The notes under the pieces are model-generated. The model was not told where the DNA came from and did not search any database. It saw nothing but the letters and a program-made list of their open reading frames with translations. DNA of 64,000 bases, taken from NCBI GenBank assembly GCA_015493585.1, contig WGCW01000044.1, positions 2,788-66,787 on the forward strand, in the 5' to 3' direction. The translations under genes were made by a program, and so were the position numbers. Shown piece after piece: positions 39,549-49,191 of the stretch (the stretch's first letter is position 1; each line of letters opens with the position of its first letter). The DNA is from Acidobacteriota bacterium. Lineage in GTDB: Bacteria; Acidobacteriota; Thermoanaerobaculia; Thermoanaerobaculales; Sulfomarinibacteraceae.

Positions 39549-41383
39549 GACACCCTCACGACGCGGAACATACCCGCGTCCATGTGGTAGAGCAGGTGGC
39601 AGTGGAAGGCCCACCGGCCCGGAGCGTCCACCGAGATCAACACGCTGAGCCGCTCTGCAGGCTTGACGCTAACGGTGTGTTTACGCGGGATGCGGCGGCC
39701 GTGACCGTTCTCAAGCTCCATCCACATGCCGTGGAGGTGGATGGGATGCTCCATCATGGTGTCGTTGACCATGACCAGCCGCAAACGTTCGCCGTTGTTG
39801 AACTCAATCGGGTGATCGGTCTCGGAAAACTTCTTGCCGTCGAAGCCCCAGATGTACCGTTCCATGTTTCCGGTCAGATGCAGCTCGATCTCACGGTTCA
39901 CGGGACGTCCGTCGAAATCGTCGTCGAGGCGCTTGAGGTCCGTATACGCGAAGACGCGGTGACCCACGTCGGCAAGTCCGATCCCCGGCTCGCCGAGGCG
40001 GTTCCTCAGCAGCGTGGGAACCGAGCTGTTCTCGGGGCCGTGATGGTCGGGTCCGTGGCGGCCAACCACCGGGCCGTACCATACGCCCATCCCCGGCATG
40101 GGCCGTTCCTTCTTCATGGCCATGCCGGACATGGCCTTCCCGCCGCCTTCCGGAGCGCCCATGGCCATACCGGGCATCTCCATACCCATATCCACCATGG
40201 TCAGCACGGGCCGCTTTCTCAACGGCGGCACCGCAGCGCTCATGCCGGGACGTGGCGCAAGCGTACCGCGGGCGAAGCCGCTGCGGTCCATGGATTCCGC
40301 GAACACCGTGTAGGCCTTATCCTCCGGCTCGACGATGACGTCGTAGGTTTCGGCGACCGGTAACTGCATCTCGGCCACGGTGACCGGCTCCACATTCTGG
40401 CCGTCGGCGGCCACCACGGTCATGGGCAGGCCGGGGATCCGGAAGTTGAAATAGCTTTGCGTCGCCGCGTTGATGATCCGGAGGCGGACCCGTTCACCGG
40501 GCCGGAACAGCCCGGTCCAGTTATCCCCGGGCGCCCGGCCGTTGACCAGGTAGGTGTAGGTGTACGCCGTAATGTCGGCGATATCCGTCGGACTCATGCG
40601 CATCCTGCCCCACGTCAGGCGATCCTTCACGGTTGCACCACGACCGTTTTTCGAGGCGTCGTGGAAGAAATCCTCCAGGGTACGCTTCTGAAAGTTGTAG
40701 TAGCTGCCCATCTTCTTGAGCTTGGCCAGCACCTTGTAGGGGTTCTCGAAGGTCCAGTCGGAAAGCATGATGACAAGATCGCGGTCGTAGGAGAAGGGCT
40801 CCGACCCCGAAGGCTCCACGACCAGGGGTCCGAAATGGCCGAGCTGCTCCTGGAGCCCGCTGTGGCTGTGGTACCAGTAGGTGCCGTTCTGCCGTACCGG
40901 GTAGTGGTAGGTGAAGGTCTCACCGGGGGGAATGCCCGGATACGCGACGCCGGGCACGCCGTCCATATCGAACGGCAGGATGATCCCGTGCCAGTGGATC
41001 GACGTCGCCTCGTTCAGATCGTTGCGGACCCGGATGGTGACGTCCTCGCCCTCGTACAGGCGGATCAGCGGCCCGGGGACCTGGCCGTTGACGGCGATGG
41101 CCCGGCTGGGCCGGCCGCCCACGGTCACATCCATGGAGCCAACGACCAGGTCGATGGGATCGCCGGGCCTCCGGCGGCTCAGGCTCCCATCCGCGCCGTT
41201 CATTTCCCTGGCATCGGCGGGCAGCAGGCCGTCCAGGGTCAGAGCTAGGCCCGTCGCGCCCGCAAGCCGTAAGAACCGCCGCCGGTTCAGGAGAAAGGTG
41301 TCCGACCGATCGTCATCTCGACCGGTTTCGTCGCGTCCATCCGCCGGCGATCCTACGAGAGAAGTTTTGCATCCACGTGACAC
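39545..41383 (-). CDS. copA: Copper resistance multicopper oxidase CopA/PcoA (Tat-exported)
   Basis: NRRRFL Tat motif; HWHG, WYHSH, HPIHLHG, HCHLLYHM; Met-rich insert; exact start uncertain. Confidence 0.93.
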   Translation of the reverse strand: MSRGCKTSLVGSPADGRDETGRDDDRSDTFLLNRRRFLRLAGATGLALTLDGLLPADAREMNGADGSLSRRRPGDPIDLVVGSMDVTVGGRPSRAIAVNGQVPGPLIRLYEGEDVTIRVRNDLNEATSIHWHGIILPFDMDGVPGVAYPGIPPGETFTYHYPVRQNGTYWYHSHSGLQEQLGHFGPLVVEPSGSEPFSYDRDLVIMLSDWTFENPYKVLAKLKKMGSYYNFQKRTLEDFFHDASKNGRGATVKDRLTWGRMRMSPTDIADITAYTYTYLVNGRAPGDNWTGLFRPGERVRLRIINAATQSYFNFRIPGLPMTVVAADGQNVEPVTVAEMQLPVAETYDVIVEPEDKAYTVFAESMDRSGFARGTLAPRPGMSAAVPPLRKRPVLTMVDMGMEMPGMAMGAPEGGGKAMSGMAMKKERPMPGMGVWYGPVVGRHGPDHHGPENSSVPTLLRNRLGEPGIGLADVGHRVFAYTDLKRLDDDFDGRPVNREIELHLTGNMERYIWGFDGKKFSETDHPIEFNNGERLRLVMVNDTMMEHPIHLHGMWMELENGHGRRIPRKHTVSVKPAERLSVLISVDAPGRWAFHCHLLYHMDAGMFRVVRVS

Positions 41384-41459
41384 ACCTTGATCGTATCACA
41401 TGGAAACCCCGTGCACCCACCTTCGACAGTTAGGCCGTGCGCGGGGCGCACGTCACGGT

Positions 41460-43445
41460 TTCGAGGACGATGGCGGTGGGCGCATCGCCAAAAAGATGGC
41501 CGGCTACCACCGGTTCCACGCCGTACGGGTGGCGGTGGGTGAGACGCTGAGGGCGGCAGGGTAATCGGGATCCCTGCGTGAGCTGCTCTCAGTGGAAGCG
41601 GGGAGCGTTGTCTTCACCACCATCCACAAGTTCTTCCCCGACGAGAAGGGCGATCTGCCCGGGCCACGCGGAGCGCGGCAGGCAGGCCGCCATCCGACGC
41701 TCTCCGAGCGGCGTCATATCGTGGTCATCGCCGACGAGGCGCACCACAGCCAGTACGACTTCATCGACGGCTTCGCGCGGCACATGCGTGACGCCCTGCC
41801 GAACGCCTCCTTCATCGGCTTCACGGGCACCCCTATCGAGAAGGCCGACGCCAACACGCGGGCGGTGTTCGGCGATTACATCAGCATTTACGACATCCAG
41901 CGCGCGGTCGAGGACGGCGCCACGGTGCCGATCTACTACGAGAGCCGGCTCGCCAAGCTGGCGCTGGACGCAGCGGAGCGGCCCAGGATCGACCCCGACT
42001 TCGAGGAGGTGACCGAGGGCGAGGAGATCGAGCGCAAGGAGAAGCTCAAGACCAAGTGGGCACAGCTCGAGGCCGTGGTGGGCGCGCCGAAGCGGCTCGC
42101 GCTGGTGGCGCGCGACATCGTCGAGCACTTCGAGAGGCGCCTGGAGGTCATGGACGGCAAGGCCATGGTCGTGTGCATGAGCCGGCGCATCTGTGTGGAG
42201 CTCTACGGCGAGATCGTGAAGCTCCGGCCGGAGTGGGCGAGCGAGGCGGACGAAGAGGGCACGATCAAGGTCGTCATGACCGGCTCGGCCTCCGATCCCC
42301 CGGCGTGGCAGCGGCACATCCGCAACAAGCCCCGGCGCGAGGCATTGGCCAACCGCTTCCGGGACCCCGCTGATCCGCTGCGCATGGTGCTCGTGCGCGA
42401 CATGTGGCTCACCGGCTTCGACTGCCCGAGTCTGCACACCATGTACGGGGACAAGCCCATGCGCGGCCACGGACTGATGCAGGCCATCGCGCGGGTGAAC
42501 CGGGTGTTCAGGGATAAGCCCGGCGGCTTGGTAGTGGATTACATCGGCCTGGCCCCAGAGCTGAAGGCGGCGCTGGCGACGTACACCGAGAGCGGCGGAA
42601 CTGGCCGGACCGCCCTCGACCAGGAGAACGGCAAGGACCGCTGCATCCGGGCGGTCCGCGAGCTCTCCCAGGCCTTCGCCCTGGCGGTGCCCCACGAGGA
42701 CGCGCTGCGCATCCGTGACGACGTGGCCTTCTTCCAGGCGGTGCAGTCGGTACTTGCCAAGCGCGCGCCGGCCGAGGCCCGCCCCGAGGAGGAACTCGAT
42801 CAAGCGGTGCGCCAGATCATCTCGCGCGCCGTGGCCCCGGAAGGCGTCGTGGACATTTTCGCTGGCGCCGGTCTCGAGAAGCCGGACATCTCGATCCTGT
42901 CGGAGGAGTTTCTTGCCGAGGTGCGTGGCATGCCGCAGCGGAACCTGGCCGTGGAGCTCTTGCAGAAGCTCCTCAAGGGCGAGATCAAGACGCGCCGCCG
43001 CAAGAACGTGGTCCAGGCCCGCTCCTTCGCCGAGATGCTCGAGCACACGATCCGCAAGTACCAGAACCGTGCGGTCGAGGCGGCGCAGGTGATCGAAGAG
43101 CTGATCCAGCTCGCCCGGGAGATGCGCGAGGCGGACGCGCGCGGCGTCGAGCTCGGCCTGACCGAAGACGAGGTCGCGTTCTACGATGCCTTGGAGACGA
43201 ACGACAGCGCCGTCAAGGTGCTCGGCGACGAAACGCTTCGCGGCATCGCCCGGGAGCTCGTGGAGACCGTGCGCAACAACGTCACCATCGACTGGACCCT
43301 GCGCGAGAACGTGCGCGCACGGCTGCGCGTGCTGGTCAAGCGCACCCTGCGTAAGTACGGATACCCACCCGACAAGCAGGAGAAAGCGACGCAAACGGTG
43401 CTGGAGCAGGCAGAGGTGTTGTCGGCCGAATGGGCGCCGGCGTGA
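41460..43445 (+). pseudogene. hsdR: Type I restriction enzyme R subunit (HsdR) remnant
   Basis: FEDD...[12 protein letters not shown] then in-frame TAA at 41562; resumes [41 protein letters not shown]. Nuclease domain and Walker A absent; no hsdM/hsdS. Confidence 0.85.
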
Positions 43446-43514
43446 GGCAGGCGTCGCACAACAGCATGCCGTGACAGAGCAGAGCATACTGCTGAGTTCT
43501 CCGGATGTCGTAGA

Positions 43515-43695
43515 GACGGTGAGGGCATAGTTTTGGGGACGAAGCGGGAACCGGCCCATCGGGCGGCAGGTGCGTGAGGAGCGCGTCAACGTCGGCCTTC
43601 TCGGTACCCCGGGGGTGGCGGTTGCAGTGGCAGAGGGCGAGACGCGTGACCCAGGCGACGGAGGCCTGCTCCGCCCGCTCCGGAGTTCGCTCTCT
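43515..43695 (-). pseudogene. Degenerate N-terminal fragment of an integron-type integrase
   Basis: ERAEQASVAWVTRLALCHCNRHPRGTEKADVDALLTHL..DGPVPASS, then shifted-frame PQNYAL; resembles IntI RTEQAY..W...FH..RHP.....EV.AFL.HLA....V.ASTQNQAL. Confidence 0.6.
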
Positions 43696-43733
43696 ACGTT
43701 GAAAACTTTGCGAACTCCTCAACTGTCCACCGC

Positions 43734-45659
43734 GTGCATGATTCGCTCACCACTGACATGACGTTCCCACTGGAGCGCTCAGGTTTCGCAGTGCGGACAG
43801 TGGACACCTCCGTGTCTTGGGGCGGCGATGCCGTCGAAGAAGTGAGGCAGCGGCTTCTCCGGGAGTCCAGCCTGGAGCGTCTCAGCGAGGCCACCGGCAT
43901 TTTTGACGAACGGGGAGATGACGGATATGATCAGAGGTCGATGACTGAAAGGGATACGGTGCGGCTTCATCCAGCGTTGCTGGAACGGCTCGTGGCCATC
44001 GCGCGCCGGATGGAGGAGGTGCGCAGGCCCCGGGAAGCGGCTGATCTCCTCGAGATCGCGGCGGTTCTGTCCCCTCAGGGTGCCCATCTGCTCGACGAAG
44101 CGGAGAAGCTCCGGACGGAACCGGAGGAGGACCTGGAGCGAGAGCTCAAGCGGCGGAACCTCGAGTCCTCCCACGCGATTGGGATGGGGCACATTTTTCA
44201 GACCCGAGGCGATCTCGACCGCGCCATGGAGATGTTCGATTTTGCCAAGCTTCGAACGCGCTACAACTACCTTGGGTATGCGGCGGCCGGCTACCTGCAC
44301 CTTCGCAACGACAACCCGGCCGAGGCGCTCCGGGAATTCTCTCAGGCCCGCCGCCTCAATCCTCTGGACCTCCGCCTGGCGATCGAGGCATCCCGGGCGG
44401 CGATGCAGATCGAGAGTTACGAAGTCGCTCTGGAGCATGCGGTCGATGCCTTGTTGCTCTCGCAGTGGGAGACCGACCGCGAGCAACAGCGGGACCGGCG
44501 GCGGGTGACAACGCTTGCGCGCCTGAGCGGGACGGACGATTCCAAGCTCGACGCGCTCATTGCCGAACGGGCGAAGGCCCTCCAGAAGGCCTGCGATCAT
44601 GTGGCGTTGAGTCAAGCCAGGATCTTCTCGGCCCGCCACATCAAGCGGCGCCGCAAGACCGTCAGCCGGGAACCGGCAGCGCGCGAAGATCTCATCGTGC
44701 GCGCCGCTGAGCTCCGGCAAATGGCGCTCCTCGACCACTTCAACGACGATCAGTTGATCTCGCTTGCCCACTTGGTGCATCCCGCCACCTTCGAGCAGGC
44801 CCAGGTCATCTTCCGCGAGGATCTCGAGGGGCGCGACCTCTTCCTGGTGCGTGAAGGCACCGTCCACATGACGCGCCGGACACCGGCAGGCACCCAGATC
44901 CTGGCTGCGCTCGGCCCCGGTTCGCTCTTCGGCGAGGTCGCCTTCCTCGATGAGGAGCCACGCTCGGCGACGGCGATCGGGACGAACGGAGGCTCTCTCT
45001 TTATGATCCTGGCCGGTGAGCTCGATGCGGCCATCGCGTCGGACCGGGAGCTGGCGGTCAGCCTCTTATGGGCGTTTTGGAAGACGCTGACCGAGAAGGT
45101 CCGTGCCGCCAACCTCGAGATGGGCGAGCTGTGGGAGACGAACGACGAGGCGCAACGCCGGGAGATCGAGCGCGAGCCGGGCGAGGCCGTCGACATTGGG
45201 ACCGAGGAGAAGCTCGACCTCCTGCGAAGCCAGGGGCTCACCGGCCAGGAGCTCCGGCTGCTCGCATCATTCGCCCACGAGCGCCGGTACCAACCGGAAT
45301 CGGTGATCTTCACCGAAGGGGAGCGTGGCGATAGCCTCTACATCGTCGTCGACGGCGCCGTCCGGATTTCCAGGCTCGTCCCCGGAGTGGGCGAGGAATG
45401 CCTGACCATTCTCCGCCGGGGCGATATCTTTGGCGAGATGGCCCTCGTCGATGGGCAGCCGCGTTCTGCAGACGCCCGGGCACACACCGAAGGGTGCACC
45501 ATCTTCTCAATCAGCCGGTCGGCGCTTCACGACGCGCTGGCGATGGATCCCGATGCCTCGGTTCAGTTCCTGTCGTTGCTGTGCAGGATCCTCTGCCGCC
45601 GCCTGCGTGCGATGAACGACCGGCTCGTCGCCTGGAGGGTGATGGCCGCCCATCAGTAA
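43734..45659 (+). CDS. TPR protein with two cyclic-nucleotide-binding domains
   Basis: TPR-like helices; two phosphate-binding cassettes FGEVAFLDEEPRSATA and FGEMALVDGQPRSADA; no HTH. True start may be the ATG at 43941. Confidence 0.82.
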   Translation: MHDSLTTDMTFPLERSGFAVRTVDTSVSWGGDAVEEVRQRLLRESSLERLSEATGIFDERGDDGYDQRSMTERDTVRLHPALLERLVAIARRMEEVRRPREAADLLEIAAVLSPQGAHLLDEAEKLRTEPEEDLERELKRRNLESSHAIGMGHIFQTRGDLDRAMEMFDFAKLRTRYNYLGYAAAGYLHLRNDNPAEALREFSQARRLNPLDLRLAIEASRAAMQIESYEVALEHAVDALLLSQWETDREQQRDRRRVTTLARLSGTDDSKLDALIAERAKALQKACDHVALSQARIFSARHIKRRRKTVSREPAAREDLIVRAAELRQMALLDHFNDDQLISLAHLVHPATFEQAQVIFREDLEGRDLFLVREGTVHMTRRTPAGTQILAALGPGSLFGEVAFLDEEPRSATAIGTNGGSLFMILAGELDAAIASDRELAVSLLWAFWKTLTEKVRAANLEMGELWETNDEAQRREIEREPGEAVDIGTEEKLDLLRSQGLTGQELRLLASFAHERRYQPESVIFTEGERGDSLYIVVDGAVRISRLVPGVGEECLTILRRGDIFGEMALVDGQPRSADARAHTEGCTIFSISRSALHDALAMDPDASVQFLSLLCRILCRRLRAMNDRLVAWRVMAAHQ

Positions 45660-45701
45660 CGCCCGGCAGCTCAGCCCCTTCGTCTACGGCCGCCACGAGG
45701 C

Positions 45702-45934
45702 TCTATGAGGTTGTTGCGCTGTGCGGAACTCGTGTGATCCCAGCGGATACGACCACGATGGAAGCACGCTCACCCCAACGCCAAGGCAACCGGTCGCGGG
45801 GAGAGCGCCCGAGGGAGCGCGGACTTCAGTCCGCATCGCGCGCTCAACGCGTTCTGGTACAAAAAGATGCGGACTGAAGTCCGCGCTCCAAAGCTCCCTC
45901 CGGCCGACGGGGCACAGCGCAACAACCTCTCTAT
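45702..45934. mobile_element. MITE: 18-bp terminal inverted repeats, 5-bp TCTAT target duplication, internal REP doublet
   Basis: TCTAT-[GAGGTTGTTGCGCTGTGC 45707-45724 ... GCACAGCGCAACAACCTC 45912-45929]-TCTAT; inner perfect 24-bp IR GGAGCGCGGACTTCAGTCCGCATC (45814-45837 / 45866-45889). Confidence 0.8.
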
Positions 45935-45978
45935 GAAGATCTGCGGCTGCCAGATCTTGGAATGAGTACAATACGCGG

Positions 45979-46653
45979 GTGGAGATTCTTCGCTATTTCG
46001 TGTCGACCGGGTGGGTGTCGAAGGTCGTTCTCCTCACCCTCCTTCTGTTTTCCCTCGGATCATGGTCGGTCATCCTCGCCAAGTGGCGCGAGCTTGCGGC
46101 TGCGCGCTCCGCGTCGGATGGCTTCATCAAAATGTTTCGTAAGGCGGGCCGTCTCAACGAAGTGGCCGAGGCGGCACCATCGTTTCGGGCATCCCCGCTC
46201 GTGGCGATGTTTCAGGCTGGGTACGCGGAGCTCGAAGCTCAGGTCCGGGTTGCGCGGCGGCGAGGCGATACCGAAGGCAACATTCATGTGCGGAGCTTAG
46301 ATGGCGTTGCCAGAGCGGTCGAACGGGCGATCGGTGCGGAGCAGGAACGGCTGCAACGAGCTTTAGCGTTTCTCGCGACCACGGCCAGCGTCACGCCGTT
46401 CATCGGACTTTTTGGAACAGTCTGGGGCATCATGATCACGTTTCGGGCGATCGGCGCGACAGGATCGACGTCGATCGTCACAGTTGCGCCCGGCATTGCC
46501 GAGGCGCTCGTCAACACCGCCGCAGGCCTGGTCGCTGCCATTCCGGCGGTCATCGCTTACAACCACCTGCTCAGCAAGGTCCGTCACCTGCGAAGGCGGA
46601 TGGATGACTTTTTGCTCGAGCTCGTCAACCTGATCGAACGCAACTTTTCGTAG
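45979..46653 (+). CDS. tolQ: TolQ/ExbB/MotA proton channel
   Basis: LATTASVTPFIGLFGTVWGIM, VAPGIAEAL, GLVAAIPAVIAYN. Confidence 0.92.
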   Translation: MEILRYFVSTGWVSKVVLLTLLLFSLGSWSVILAKWRELAAARSASDGFIKMFRKAGRLNEVAEAAPSFRASPLVAMFQAGYAELEAQVRVARRRGDTEGNIHVRSLDGVARAVERAIGAEQERLQRALAFLATTASVTPFIGLFGTVWGIMITFRAIGATGSTSIVTVAPGIAEALVNTAAGLVAAIPAVIAYNHLLSKVRHLRRRMDDFLLELVNLIERNFS

Positions 46654-46657
46654 TGCG

Positions 46658-47080
46658 ATGGAGTGGAAACCTTCTTCCGGTGAAGACATGGGCAGCATGG
46701 CGGATATCAACGTCACACCGTTGGTCGATGTCATGCTCGTGCTGTTGATCATCTTCATCATCACGGCGCCAATGCTCGTCCAGGGGGTCAAGGTCAACCT
46801 GCCCAAGCAGAACGCTGCCAGCATTGCCTCGAAACAGCAGGAACCGATCGTGCTGACCCTGACGGCCGATCGTTTGATCTATCTCGGCGATCAACCGGTT
46901 CACCTCAAGCTCCTGCCGCAACGGCTCGGAGCCGCGCTGGGAGGCCAGCCGCGGCCGGTCTACCTCAAGGCGGACGCAAAGCTCCCGTACGGTTTCGTCG
47001 TCAAGGTCCTGGCCGTGCTCGACAAGGTCGGCGTCGAACATGTCGGCATGGTGACGCAGCCCGAGGGGAGGGGTCCATGA
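46658..47080 (+). CDS. tolR: TolR/ExbD
   Basis: DINVTPLVDVMLVLLIIFIITAP, KAD..LPYG. Confidence 0.92.
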   Translation: MEWKPSSGEDMGSMADINVTPLVDVMLVLLIIFIITAPMLVQGVKVNLPKQNAASIASKQQEPIVLTLTADRLIYLGDQPVHLKLLPQRLGAALGGQPRPVYLKADAKLPYGFVVKVLAVLDKVGVEHVGMVTQPEGRGP

Positions 47081-47136
47081 GCGGGGAGGAGACTCGCGGA
47101 TGGGAGCGGGACGCCGATGATCCCAGGAGCGCCTAG

Positions 47137-47865
47137 ATGGACCCGGTTTCCCGCGTCCTCGAAGATCGCGCCCGCTTCAAGAGACCGTGGCTCCCGTGGA
47201 TCGCCATCGCGGTCGCGTTCCACGTCCTCATCGGCGCGACGGTAATTCTTGCAGCCCGCCTGTCTCCCCGGCAGGTCATGACCTTGCCCTCGGTCTCAGT
47301 CCAGCTCGTCCACCTGCCGAAACGCCACGGTCCGTCCCAACCGGGCCGTGTTCCGGTCCCAACGGCTGCGCCCGCGCCGGCGGCAACGCCAGCTCCGACG
47401 GCTCAGCCGAAGCCAACCCCGGCGCCACACGCGACGCGTCCGCCGGAGAAGGCCCCAAGACCCCCCAGTAAGAACGCCATGCCGGCGATCGGTGCGACGC
47501 CCGGCGCAGCGACGCCAGCGCCAGCGGCCGCCGGTGGGAGCGGCCTGCACCTGGCCGGATCTGGGGCAAGCGGTCAACCCGCCATTCCCTCCGACTTCCA
47601 GTTCACGTACTATGTACAGAGGATGCTGGCGCTGATCGAGGGCCACTGGTACAAGCCTCCCGCACCGCCTGGCACGCGTGCCGTCGTTCGTTTCCAGATT
47701 CTCAGGAGCGGCCAACTCGCCGGCATCGAGATTGAGAAGAGCTCCGGCTCTCCGAGCTTCGACAGAGCAGCCTTGCGAGCGATGTACGCGACAAATCCGC
47801 TTCCGCCGCTGCCGCCCGGATATGGGCCATCATCGTTGACCGTTCACCTTGCCTTTTCGGAGTGA
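47137..47865 (+). CDS. TonB/TolA-family energy transducer
   Basis: TM with His (AVAFHVL); Pro-rich linker; KSSGSPSFDRAALRA...PLPPLP. Confidence 0.85.
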   Translation: MDPVSRVLEDRARFKRPWLPWIAIAVAFHVLIGATVILAARLSPRQVMTLPSVSVQLVHLPKRHGPSQPGRVPVPTAAPAPAATPAPTAQPKPTPAPHATRPPEKAPRPPSKNAMPAIGATPGAATPAPAAAGGSGLHLAGSGASGQPAIPSDFQFTYYVQRMLALIEGHWYKPPAPPGTRAVVRFQILRSGQLAGIEIEKSSGSPSFDRAALRAMYATNPLPPLPPGYGPSSLTVHLAFSE

Positions 47866-49157
47866 CCATGCACCGTCTCAGCGTCTGGATGACCGCTACT
47901 CTCATATTGATCGCGGGCTTTCTCCCCGCCCAAAACGAGCTCTACCTCCAGATCACCCAGTCCCGTCTGGCCCGGGTTTCGGTGGCTGCCCCACCCCTGC
48001 TGGTGCTGCCAGGAACCCCGGCGGAGCAGGCCGGACTCTTCCAGAGCACGCTGGACGGGGATCTCGCGGCATCGGCCCCGATTTCCGTTCTCGATCCGAA
48101 GCTCTACGCGCTGGTCAAACCCGATCCGCGCCCCAAGATTCTCCATGAACGATGGAGGTCGATCGGCGCGCAGTTCCTTCTGACGGGCACGATTTCCAAG
48201 GCCGGAGGACAGCTCGTCGTTGAGGCGCGTCTCGTGGACCTCGCATCGGGGGAGTTTGCCTTCGCCAAACGGTACCGTGCCGGTCTGGCCTCCGCCAAGT
48301 TGATGGCCCACACACTTGCGAACGATCTCGTCAAGGTATTCACGGGCAGGCCCGGCCCATTCCTGTCCCGGATTGCCTTTGTCTCAGACCGCACCGGGCA
48401 CCCGGAGCTCTGGGAGATGGCATGGGATGGAACCGGAGCGCGCCAGTTGACGAAGCACGGGAGCATCGCGATTGGACCTGCCTGGTCCCCCGATGGATCG
48501 AGAATCGCTTTCACCTCATTTCTACGGGGCGGTCCCGCCCTCTACCTGCTGACCCCGAGCGAGGGATACCTCAAGCCACTCTGGAGCCAGGGAGGCGTGA
48601 ACTCGTCGCCCAGCTTCTCGCCCGACGGGAAGAAAATCGCCTTTGCTTCGAGCCGGGATGGCAACGTCGACATCTGGGTGATCCCAACGGCTGGCGGAAC
48701 CCCTCAGAGGCTGACCACGGCCAGCGCCATCGACACCCAACCGGCGTGGTCTCCCAACGGACGCCAGATCGCGTTCACGTCGGCCCGGTCCGGCTCACCG
48801 CAGATCTACATCATGGATGCCGACGGTTCCAACGTCAGGCGCCTGACCTTCAATGGCGGCTATTACGACGAAGCCGCCTGGTTCCCGGACGGTTCCCGCC
48901 TGATCTGCACCACCCGCACAGGCGGACGTTTCCAGCTCGCGACGATCGACGTTGCGACGACCCAGGTGACGATCCTGCCCGGCCCCGGGAATAACGAGTC
49001 CCCGTGCTTCTCACCGGACGGCTCGATGATCGCCTTCGTCTCTGATCGCACGGGAACCCAGCAGATTTACACGACCGATCCGAAGGGCCGTCCCAAACAG
49101 TTGACCTCGAAGGGCACCAACTATGGACCAACGTGGACGGGAGCCGGGGGAGAGTAA
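47862..49157 (+). CDS. tolB: Tol-Pal beta-propeller protein TolB
   Basis: TolB N-domain (AHTLAND, SRIAFVS) plus PD40 repeats (PAWSPDG, PSFSPDG, PAWSPNG). Confidence 0.92.
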   Translation: MTMHRLSVWMTATLILIAGFLPAQNELYLQITQSRLARVSVAAPPLLVLPGTPAEQAGLFQSTLDGDLAASAPISVLDPKLYALVKPDPRPKILHERWRSIGAQFLLTGTISKAGGQLVVEARLVDLASGEFAFAKRYRAGLASAKLMAHTLANDLVKVFTGRPGPFLSRIAFVSDRTGHPELWEMAWDGTGARQLTKHGSIAIGPAWSPDGSRIAFTSFLRGGPALYLLTPSEGYLKPLWSQGGVNSSPSFSPDGKKIAFASSRDGNVDIWVIPTAGGTPQRLTTASAIDTQPAWSPNGRQIAFTSARSGSPQIYIMDADGSNVRRLTFNGGYYDEAAWFPDGSRLICTTRTGGRFQLATIDVATTQVTILPGPGNNESPCFSPDGSMIAFVSDRTGTQQIYTTDPKGRPKQLTSKGTNYGPTWTGAGGE

Positions 49158-49191
49158 GATACCAACGCCGTGAGTGTGCAAGGAGGACGTG

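Noticed and set aside
41429-41435. GTTAGGC integron core site at the copA/hsdR junction
   Set aside because: No matching inverse core (RYYYAAC) or attC stem seen upstream; a lone 7-mer is not significant.
41589-43589. 666-aa minus-strand ORF
   Set aside because: Antisense shadow of GC3-rich hsdR with no recognisable motifs; only its first residues overlap the integrase relic.
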